From Bacillota bacterium (GTDB lineage Bacteria; Bacillota; Dethiobacteria; DTU022): DNA of 64,000 nt. The stretch lies in contig JAUWPV010000004.1 of NCBI GenBank assembly GCA_030611385.1, positions 31,295-95,294 of the forward strand, written 5' to 3'. This document shows positions 55,870 through 63,934 of the stretch, one piece after another; the stretch's first letter is position 1, and every line of letters starts with the position of its first letter. Under the pieces are notes generated by a model. That model worked only from the letters and a program-made list of their open reading frames with translations, was not told where the DNA came from and searched no databases. Both the position numbers and the translations under genes were made by a program.

Positions 55870-57951
55870 TTGGAGCTAACTGATTTGTGTATGGGTTGTA
55901 TGGAAGAGAATGTTAACCAGGTAGCCGAGTGTCCGCAATGCGGTTGGGTTGAGGGAACCGAACCTGCTTCGCCGCTGTTTCTGCCACCGCGGACAGTCTT
56001 GGAAGGCAAATACCTGATTGGCCGCGTCCTTGGACAAGGTGGCTTTGGTATTACCTACCTGGCTTGGGATATCAACCTGAATATTAAGCTGGCTATTAAA
56101 GAATTTTTTCCGCAGGATTTGGCCTCGCGGGCAGCCGGGCACAGCCAGGTATCCGCATATTCAGGCAGCATGGGTAGTCAGTATGATTACGGTCTCGATA
56201 AATTTTTACAGGAAGCACGGACTCTTGCCCAGTTTGAGGGGCATCCAAACATTGTATCCGTGCGCGATTTCTTTAAGGCAAACGGTACTGCCTATTTCGT
56301 AATGAGTTATGTAGATGGCATTACCCTGAAAGATCACCTGGCCAATTCAAGCGGTAAATTGCCGATTGATCAGGCCCGGGGTATCATTATGCCGGTGCTC
56401 GATGCTTTAAAAGAAGTCCACAAGGTTAATGTTTTGCACCGTGATATCAGCCCTGACAACATCTTTATTAATCAAAAAGGACAGGTCATTTTAATCGACT
56501 TTGGAGCCGCCCGCCAGGCGATCGGCGAAAAAGGGAGAAGTTTGTCGATTATTCTTAAACCAGGCTACGCTCCTGAAGAGCAGTACCGCAGTAAAGGAGT
56601 TCAGGGACCCTGGACCGATATTTATGCTGTCGGAGCCACTTTATTTCATCTGGTAACCGGTCAGCAACCCCCTGAGGCATTGGAACGACTGGTTGAAGAT
56701 TCAATGCAATCACCATCGGAACTTGGAGCCGTCCTAAGTGAGAATGAAGAGTTGGCTTTATATAAAGCTCTCGCCGTCCGCGCTGGTGATCGTTTCCAGA
56801 CAGTTGAGGAATTCCAGGCGGCACTAATGGGCGAACAGGCATCTTTTATTATTACCGCTCCGATACCGACCGCTCCAGCTGCAACCGATAGAGCGGGAGT
56901 ACCGGCTGCCAGGAAAAAAAGGCCTTTAGGGCTGATTGCTGGTTTCGCTGCTGTTGTTATTATCGGTGCTGCCTTATATGCGCTATGGGCCGGAGGTTTA
57001 CTCAATGACTGGATAGCGGCAACTACAGGAGAACCCCTGGAAGAGGTAGAAGAAATTGTTGACGAGCTTGAGCCAGAAGTTATCCTGGCAGTTAACAGTG
57101 AAGGCAATACAGCCGGCAATCTGGTCAATGGTGGTCTGGCGACAGTCCAGGGAGACTGGATTTATTTTCGCAGCAACGAGGGTGGCAGCCTCTATAAGGG
57201 AAATCTTGCCAGTGGGGGCGGAGCTAAAATAGTTAGCACTGATGCTGCCTGGTTCATCAATGTGTCCGGAGATTGGGTCTACTATAGCAATCGCGATGAT
57301 GATAACCGCTTATATAAGATTAAGATCGATGGCAGTGATCGGACTGCTTTAACCGAAGGCGGAGCCTGGTTTGTTACTTTGGTAAATGATTGGATTTATT
57401 ACATCAATGAGGCAGACGATTATCGTCTTTACAAAATCAGTGTCGACGGCAGCGGCAGAACTAAAATTAGCGATGATACTGCCTGGTATGTCAATGTAGT
57501 CGACGAGTGGATTTACTATATCAACAGCAGCGATGGTGATAAAATCTACCGTATAAAAACCGATGCCAGTGAGAGGACTCAAATTAGCGATTATGCTGCC
57601 GACTGCATCAATGTCTATGGTGATTGGATTTACCATACCAACGAAGCCGACGGTTCAAAGCTCTATAAAATCCGCCTTGATGGCAGTGACAGGATCGAGA
57701 TAACTGACCACTCTGCCTGGTTCATAAATGTTTATGACGATTGGATCTACTATGTTAGCGAGGATGATGATTTTACTTTATACAAGATTAAACTGGATGG
57801 AAGCGGGAGGACAAAACTGACCAATGAACCGACCCGTTATGTGGTTGTGGCTGAGGACTGGATTATTTATCTCGATCAGGCTGAAGAAGATACTATCTAC
57901 AAGATTCGTCTTGACGGTACCGCTAATAGCTACATTGAGAGCGGGTTTTAG
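55870..57951 (+). CDS. Hanks-type Ser/Thr protein kinase with N-terminal zinc ribbon, TM helix and extracytoplasmic 7-repeat (DUF5050-like) propeller
   Basis: The N-terminus carries CMGC...CPQCG. Kinase motifs are LGQGGFGITY, LAIKEF, HRDISPDN, DFGAA and GYAPEE. The transmembrane helix is LGLIAGFAAVVIIGAALYALWAG. Seven DWIYY...LYKI..DGS.RT repeats follow. Confidence 0.85.
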   Translation: MELTDLCMGCMEENVNQVAECPQCGWVEGTEPASPLFLPPRTVLEGKYLIGRVLGQGGFGITYLAWDINLNIKLAIKEFFPQDLASRAAGHSQVSAYSGSMGSQYDYGLDKFLQEARTLAQFEGHPNIVSVRDFFKANGTAYFVMSYVDGITLKDHLANSSGKLPIDQARGIIMPVLDALKEVHKVNVLHRDISPDNIFINQKGQVILIDFGAARQAIGEKGRSLSIILKPGYAPEEQYRSKGVQGPWTDIYAVGATLFHLVTGQQPPEALERLVEDSMQSPSELGAVLSENEELALYKALAVRAGDRFQTVEEFQAALMGEQASFIITAPIPTAPAATDRAGVPAARKKRPLGLIAGFAAVVIIGAALYALWAGGLLNDWIAATTGEPLEEVEEIVDELEPEVILAVNSEGNTAGNLVNGGLATVQGDWIYFRSNEGGSLYKGNLASGGGAKIVSTDAAWFINVSGDWVYYSNRDDDNRLYKIKIDGSDRTALTEGGAWFVTLVNDWIYYINEADDYRLYKISVDGSGRTKISDDTAWYVNVVDEWIYYINSSDGDKIYRIKTDASERTQISDYAADCINVYGDWIYHTNEADGSKLYKIRLDGSDRIEITDHSAWFINVYDDWIYYVSEDDDFTLYKIKLDGSGRTKLTNEPTRYVVVAEDWIIYLDQAEEDTIYKIRLDGTANSYIESGF
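57151..57948 (+). repeat. Seven tandem ~117-nt (39-codon) coding repeats in the kinase ectodomain
   Basis: The protein repeats each contain (G/D)DWIYY, then LYKI, then DGS.RT. The last copy is shorter. Confidence 0.75.
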
Positions 57952-58027
57952 GCATGACTTTAATGAGCGGTAATAAAAATATAGACGGCAAAGGATATTC
58001 AGGCTCTAAAGTTGAATTAACTCCATT

Positions 58028-59482
58028 GTGTTCAACGGATTAGAACGGCATAACAATATTTATATAAGCCCCAGTAGTAGAGATGATCAGTTAAGTAATC
58101 GGTTAACGGATCTGCGGCCGCGGGAAAAGTGCGGTATTTTTGCTATTTACAATTACAGTGGTCCCGGTAATGCCGCGAATATAACATACTTAGGGTTACT
58201 GGCCCTCCAGCATCGCGGCCAGGAGAGCGCTGGCATGGCCTATAACGGCGCTAAAGGCATTCAGTATATTAAGAATATGGGACATGTTGATAGTGTCTTC
58301 CCCCGTCAGGTGATCTCCTCGATTGAAGCGCATACTATTCTCGGCCATGTCCGCTACTCGACAACCGGGTCAAGCAGCGCTGTCAATGCTCAGCCGCTGG
58401 TTGCCCATTCGTTCGATCAAACCGGGATTGCCCTGGCTCATAACGGCAACCTTACCAATACCAGGCGACTGCATCACAAGCTGCTTCAGGAAGGACAGAT
58501 ATTTCATACCACTTCCGATACGGAAATTCTTTTAACTTACCTTTTCCGTTTCCGCAACCAGGGTTTGATCAATGCAATTAAAAAAACAATGGAGATAGTT
58601 GAAGGCGCTTATGCTGCGGTGATTATGGACCAGGAGCAGTTGGTTGCTTTTCGCGATCCGCGTGGTTTCAGACCGCTTGTCATCGGCAAACTCGGTGAAG
58701 CATTTGTTTTTGCATCCGAAACCGCCGCTCTTGATACGGTTGGCGCCACTTTTTTAAGAGAAGTAGAACCCGGTGAAATTGTTGCCGTAGGACCCGATGG
58801 GCTTAAATCTACATTCGGGCAATCCAGGTCCGGACGCTCTCTTTGTATCTTCGAATATGTATACTTCGCCCGCCCTGACAGTGTCATTGGTGGAAGAAGC
58901 GTTTACATTGTGCGTAAAACTGTCGGTTCTCTGTTGGCTGGGCGTATTTCTGCCAAGTTGGATATGGTTATTCCTTCACCGGACTCCGGTGTATCCGCAG
59001 CAATTGGGCTGGCCGAAACTCTGAAACTGCCTCTGGAGTGGGCGGTGCATCGTAATCCTTATCTGGGAAGAACTTTTATTGAGCCGACCCAGGCAGAACG
59101 TGACCTGGCGGTTCGCCTGAAATTTAATCCGATAAAAGTGCTGGTTAAAGATAAGCGGGTTGCTATTGTTGATGATTCACTGGTGCGTGGTACCACGGTC
59201 CGGGTGCTGACGGCACTGCTGAGATCTGCAGGTGCCGCGGAAGTCCATCTTTGCATTGCTTCTCCGCCCTATAAATATCCCTGTTATTATGGAATCGACA
59301 TACCGGTCGCCTCCGAACTGGCAGCTCTCGATACAAATTTTGACCGGTTGGCTGTAACGATTGGGGCAAGCAGTTTAACTTTTGCCGAACCCGAAGATTT
59401 GTACCGGGCCGTTGGAAATGATAACCATGCTTTTTGTACCGCCTGTTTTTCAGGCATCTATCCAGGCGATTTAGCTGAATGA
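58028..59482 (+). CDS. purF: Amidophosphoribosyltransferase
   Basis: The Ntn Cys context CGIFAIY is present, with RYSTTG and the PRPP loop VDDSLVRGTT. The propeptide length and start are uncertain. Confidence 0.9.
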   Translation: MFNGLERHNNIYISPSSRDDQLSNRLTDLRPREKCGIFAIYNYSGPGNAANITYLGLLALQHRGQESAGMAYNGAKGIQYIKNMGHVDSVFPRQVISSIEAHTILGHVRYSTTGSSSAVNAQPLVAHSFDQTGIALAHNGNLTNTRRLHHKLLQEGQIFHTTSDTEILLTYLFRFRNQGLINAIKKTMEIVEGAYAAVIMDQEQLVAFRDPRGFRPLVIGKLGEAFVFASETAALDTVGATFLREVEPGEIVAVGPDGLKSTFGQSRSGRSLCIFEYVYFARPDSVIGGRSVYIVRKTVGSLLAGRISAKLDMVIPSPDSGVSAAIGLAETLKLPLEWAVHRNPYLGRTFIEPTQAERDLAVRLKFNPIKVLVKDKRVAIVDDSLVRGTTVRVLTALLRSAGAAEVHLCIASPPYKYPCYYGIDIPVASELAALDTNFDRLAVTIGASSLTFAEPEDLYRAVGNDNHAFCTACFSGIYPGDLAE

Positions 59483-59498
59483 GGAAGGGTGAGCTGAA

Positions 59499-61079
59499 AT
59501 GAAACATTTCTTAGCCGAAGATTCCGGAAGTATTCGCGAAAAAGTGATCATCCTTGATTTTGGCGGGCAGTACAGTATGCTCATCGCCAGAAGAATCAGG
59601 GAAGCGGGCGTCTACTGCGAACTACTACCATATAACACTTCCTGGATGCAAATAGAAAAAAGTAAGCCAGCCGGTATTATTCTGTCTGGCAGTCCGGCCA
59701 GTGTCAACCAGGAGCATGCTCCGTCCTGTGATCCGGCAATTTTTAAGGGAGGCATCCCCATATTGGGCATTTGCTACGGGATGCAGCTCTTGGCGAAAGA
59801 AATGGGCGGAGAGGTTGAAAGGGGTATCCGCTCTGAGTTCGGTCGAACCTCGTTTGCTATAGTCGAAGCTGAGCCGTTCTTTAAAGACGATTTTTTTCAG
59901 GAAGAAAGCGCCTGCTGCTGTTGGATGAGTCATCAGGACGAAGTTATCAAATCTCCTCCGGGTTTCAACGTACTGGCTCGGACTGAAAATAATACCATAG
60001 CTGCTATTGGCGATCATCAAAAGAAAATCTATGGGCTACAATTTCACCCCGAAGTATTCCATACTCCCGGTGGTAGATATATCCTGAAGAATTTCTTATT
60101 TGACGTCTGCGGTTGTAATCGTACCTGGACCCCCCAAAGTTTTGTTGAAGACGCCGTTGAAAAAATTACTGAAATAATCGGAGAAGATCAAAAAGTAGTC
60201 TGCGCTCTCAGTGGTGGAGTCGATTCATCGGTAGTGGCGTTCCTGCTTGATCGTGCGGTTGGCGAAAGAGCCGTCTTCATCTTTGTTGATCACGGTTTAC
60301 TGCGGTTAGAAGAAGCAAAACAGGTTGTGGAGCTTTACAACGAACGGTTGAAAGGGCAGTTTATTCATGTTAATGCAAAAGAGCGGTTTTTGAGTTCACT
60401 GGCCGGAGTTACCGATCCGGAAGAAAAGCGAAGGATTATCGGCGCTGAGTTTATAAATGTTTTCAAGGATAAAGCCCTCTCGATGGGCGACATTACCTAT
60501 CTGGCCCAGGGCACAATTTACCCGGATGTCATTGAAAGCGGTTCGGTTTACGGCGCAGCCGTTATCAAAACGCACCACAATGTGGGTGGTTTGCCGGAAG
60601 AACTGGGTTTTAAACTGATCGAACCACTGCGGGAACTATTCAAGGATGAAGTGCGCCTGGTCGGCGCAGAACTGGGCTTGCCTGGTTCAGTTTTGAAGAG
60701 ACAGCCTTTTCCGGGGCCTGGTCTGGCCGTTCGTATAATTGGAGAGGTTACCGATGAAAAACTTTCTTTACTACAGCAGGCTGATGCTATCTTCCGGGAA
60801 GAGGTTCTGCAAGCAGGATTGTCTGAAGAATTGTGGCAGTATTTTGCAGTGCTGACAGATGTTCAGGTAGTTGGAGTAAAAGGAGACGATCGCCATTACG
60901 GACCGGTTATTGCCCTGAGAGCTGTTGTTTCAGAAGATGCCATGACTGCAGACTGGGCCCGCCTACCCCACGATTTGCTAGAGAAAGCTTCGATGCGTAT
61001 TACCGGGGAAATATCGAAAGTAGCCCGGGTAGTTTACGATATTACCTCAAAACCCCCCGGTACCATTGAGTGGGAGTAA
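59499..61079 (+). CDS. guaA: GMP synthase (glutamine-hydrolysing)
   Basis: GATase motifs are present (GICYGMQ, QFHPE). The PP-loop reads SGGVDSSV. The C-terminus reads PPGTIEWE. Confidence 0.95.
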   Translation: MKHFLAEDSGSIREKVIILDFGGQYSMLIARRIREAGVYCELLPYNTSWMQIEKSKPAGIILSGSPASVNQEHAPSCDPAIFKGGIPILGICYGMQLLAKEMGGEVERGIRSEFGRTSFAIVEAEPFFKDDFFQEESACCCWMSHQDEVIKSPPGFNVLARTENNTIAAIGDHQKKIYGLQFHPEVFHTPGGRYILKNFLFDVCGCNRTWTPQSFVEDAVEKITEIIGEDQKVVCALSGGVDSSVVAFLLDRAVGERAVFIFVDHGLLRLEEAKQVVELYNERLKGQFIHVNAKERFLSSLAGVTDPEEKRRIIGAEFINVFKDKALSMGDITYLAQGTIYPDVIESGSVYGAAVIKTHHNVGGLPEELGFKLIEPLRELFKDEVRLVGAELGLPGSVLKRQPFPGPGLAVRIIGEVTDEKLSLLQQADAIFREEVLQAGLSEELWQYFAVLTDVQVVGVKGDDRHYGPVIALRAVVSEDAMTADWARLPHDLLEKASMRITGEISKVARVVYDITSKPPGTIEWE

Positions 61080-61107
61080 CGACAAGTAAAGTTGAATTTA
61101 TATATAT

Positions 61108-61140
61108 AACTCTTGCTAAATGAAGAATTTAGCAAGAGTT
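61108..61140 (+). terminator. Perfect 14-bp inverted repeat after guaA (terminator-like hairpin without a clear U-tract)
   Basis: AACTCTTGCTAAAT (61108-61121) and ATTTAGCAAGAGTT (61127-61140) flank the loop GAAGA. Confidence 0.5.
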
Positions 61141-61267
61141 ATTGTGATAGAAAGACATGTGAGAATTTACCCGCAAAAAATAATTGGAAGCTACTACCAT
61201 CTGTAGTATAATAAAGCAACGACATCTATACATGTTGTTACTTTGTCTTTTAATCGGGGGAATAGAT

Positions 61268-63895
61268 ATGATATTTAACTTCAATGAAAAAAATGTACCA
61301 CCTCTATCACAAATAGGCGGCAAGGCAAAGGCGTTGATTGAAACAACAAAAGTAGGATTTCCAGTTCCTGATGGTATTGCTCTATCTGTAGAATTTTTTG
61401 ATGAGTGGTTCAAAGTGGTCAAAACATCCAGTGAGTTTAAAATAGCCATCAAAGATGTTACAAATAAAAATTGTGAAGCTGTTAAGACTCTGGCAGAAAA
61501 TATGAAATTTACAAGCGTACAAAAATCGGCTTTTGATAGTGCAATAAAGGACGTAGACAGCAAGCTTTTTGCAGTTCGTTCATCATCTCCAGAAGAGGAT
61601 TTAAAGGGAACATCTTTTGCAGGAATGTATGAAACATTTTTAGGGACACCTTATGATAAGTTAGAAGAAAACACAGCGAAGGCATTTGCATCCTGCTTCG
61701 ACTTTCGTGTATTGGAGTATAAGAATCAAAATAATATAGATTTACATAATACTAGTATTGCAGTAATTGTACAAAAACAAATAGCGTCCGATGTCAACGG
61801 GATAGGCTTTTCACTAAATCCATTGAATAATGATTATGACGAAGCTGTTATTAATGCGAATTTTGGTTTGGGTGAATCTGTTGTATCTGGTACAGTTACA
61901 CCTGATCAGTTTATTGTAAGTAAGGTCAATAATGAAATCATAGATAAGACGTTGGGTGGTCATGAAGTTGTTATAAACATTGGAGCCGCTGGTGGTGTTA
62001 CCCATGATAAACCCAAAAGTAAAAAATTTTCGCTTAGCGATGAAAAGGTTATTGAAGTTGCAAATATTATTGCAAAAATCGAAGAGTTTTATGGCTTCCC
62101 CGTGGATATTGAGTGGGCATATGAAGAGAAAAATCTTTATATACTTCAAGCAAGACCTATTACAGCATTTATTTCTCTTGAACCCCATATGATGACAAAA
62201 TCTGGAGAAAGACGAATGCTATATTTTGATGCAAACTTAGTCGATTCACTTACTAGCAATGTACCCATATTACCGCTGACCATAGATTGGTTTTATGATG
62301 CTTTTATGATGTTTACAGGACCATTATTTGGTGATGCAACTCTTAATGGGCATTTACCTCCTAAAGAGGGATTGGTCTTTTGTGGTAATGGACGTGTATA
62401 TATAAATATGTCACAGATTTTGCATCTTATTAAGCTTGACAAACTAATGGCTGCAGGGGAGCAGGCAGATAAGCAAATTGTTGAAATATCAAAAAATATT
62501 GATTCGAAAAAATACAAGATGGAAAATCCATTGTCTTACCTTAAACTTGGGTTTTTGATAAGAAAATCACCAAGGGTGATGTGGAATTCTCGTAGGCTTA
62601 TCAGTAAATCAATGAAGGCATATTTTTGCCCAAACAAATTTTATGATAAAGATTTTAAGCCAAATGTGGATCGAGTAATTGAAAAACTAAAATCTGATGC
62701 TTATAAAGATATACCCCTGGCTCAAATTACAACAAAAATAGATAAAGATATAGATAATGTTTTGTTCACCTATGGTTTTGCAGCCATTATCCCATTAATG
62801 GTTGCATTGGATAAAATCCCTAAGCTGGTCAAGGATGGTACGGATGAAATGGATGAACTGGCAGATGATATCTTCCTGGGCACTGAGGATAATGAGTCCA
62901 TTGAGATGGGTATTTCCATGTTTCATATGGCGAAGCTTCTAAAAAAATCCGACTTTGACGATTTGGATGTTTTGGCAAAGAAAATTGAAGATAAAAATAT
63001 GAGTGATGAGTTTTTGTTGCTTTGGGATAAGTTTATTTCAACGTACAAATTTAGAGGTCCAAATGAACTGGAGCTAAGTAATTACCGGTATGGAGATAAT
63101 CCTCAATTAGCGTTGCAACAGATGTCATACATGGTGGACAGTGAATACAATCCAGAGCAATCTCAGAAACAGAATATTCAAAAGCGTGAGAGGGCTTATG
63201 AAATATTATGTAGTAAGCTGAAAGGGCGAAAGCTTAAACAGTTTAAGATTAATTATGCGGTAGCGTCTTTATATGCAACAGCAAGAGATACACCAAAGTA
63301 TATTTGGCTGCTGGAAAATGGAATAGTTCGTCAAAGAGCATTGTTTGAAGGCAGTGGTCTTGTTGATGATGGTCATTTGGATGAAAAAGAGGACATATTC
63401 TTTTTGTACTTTAAAGAGGTTGAAAAAGCTCAAAACGGAGATGATATTGATCTTAAAAAAATCGTTTCTGAGCGAAAGGTGCTTTATGAAAAGCTTGACA
63501 GAATTGACTCATATCCACTATTTATTGACTCGCGTGGGAATATTCCTGCTGCTAAGGTTGATGCAGTGGATGAAGACTCATTTAAAGGGCATGGTATTTC
63601 TCGTGGGGTAAAGACCGGACGAATTAAGGTTATGAAAAACCCAACAGAAAAGCCTATTGAAAAAGGTGATATCTTGGTTACCTATACCACAGATCCGGGT
63701 TGGACACCTCTTTTTGTAAATGCAGAAGCTATTATCCTGCAAGTCGGTGGACCGCTTCAGCATGGCGGGGTTGTTGCTCGTGAATATGGCAAACCTTGTG
63801 TGGTTGGGATTGCGAGCGTTTATGATAAATTCCACGATGGTCAATTAGTTGAAGTTAATGGTACAAATGGCCTAGTTAGGATTATTAAGGAATAG
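61268..63895 (+). CDS. PEP-utilizing enzyme with rifampin-phosphotransferase-like architecture (N-terminal PPDK_N ATP-grasp, long middle region, C-terminal His swivel domain)
   Basis: The N-terminus reads LSQIGGKAKALIETTKVGFPVPDG...FAVRSSSPEEDL...SFAGMYETF. The C-terminus reads GDILVTYTTDPGWTPLF...GGPLQHGGVVAREYGKPCVVG. ATG 61268 lies 8 nt after GGGGGA. Confidence 0.7.
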   Translation: MIFNFNEKNVPPLSQIGGKAKALIETTKVGFPVPDGIALSVEFFDEWFKVVKTSSEFKIAIKDVTNKNCEAVKTLAENMKFTSVQKSAFDSAIKDVDSKLFAVRSSSPEEDLKGTSFAGMYETFLGTPYDKLEENTAKAFASCFDFRVLEYKNQNNIDLHNTSIAVIVQKQIASDVNGIGFSLNPLNNDYDEAVINANFGLGESVVSGTVTPDQFIVSKVNNEIIDKTLGGHEVVINIGAAGGVTHDKPKSKKFSLSDEKVIEVANIIAKIEEFYGFPVDIEWAYEEKNLYILQARPITAFISLEPHMMTKSGERRMLYFDANLVDSLTSNVPILPLTIDWFYDAFMMFTGPLFGDATLNGHLPPKEGLVFCGNGRVYINMSQILHLIKLDKLMAAGEQADKQIVEISKNIDSKKYKMENPLSYLKLGFLIRKSPRVMWNSRRLISKSMKAYFCPNKFYDKDFKPNVDRVIEKLKSDAYKDIPLAQITTKIDKDIDNVLFTYGFAAIIPLMVALDKIPKLVKDGTDEMDELADDIFLGTEDNESIEMGISMFHMAKLLKKSDFDDLDVLAKKIEDKNMSDEFLLLWDKFISTYKFRGPNELELSNYRYGDNPQLALQQMSYMVDSEYNPEQSQKQNIQKRERAYEILCSKLKGRKLKQFKINYAVASLYATARDTPKYIWLLENGIVRQRALFEGSGLVDDGHLDEKEDIFFLYFKEVEKAQNGDDIDLKKIVSERKVLYEKLDRIDSYPLFIDSRGNIPAAKVDAVDEDSFKGHGISRGVKTGRIKVMKNPTEKPIEKGDILVTYTTDPGWTPLFVNAEAIILQVGGPLQHGGVVAREYGKPCVVGIASVYDKFHDGQLVEVNGTNGLVRIIKE

Positions 63896-63934
63896 ATATA
63901 TGGACACATCTCCAAAGAAAGTGACAGGGGACGG

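Noticed and set aside
57151-57948. Regular ~117-nt periodic repeats that could be mistaken for a repeat array.
   Set aside because: The repeats are in frame within the kinase gene and diverged at the DNA level. They have no spacer/repeat architecture. They are protein propeller blades, not a CRISPR array or satellite.
61129-61563. A 144-aa minus-strand ORF at the start of the AT-rich segment.
   Set aside because: It is antisense to the 5' part of the RPH-like gene. The sequence is low-complexity and AT-driven, and it has no ribosome-binding site.
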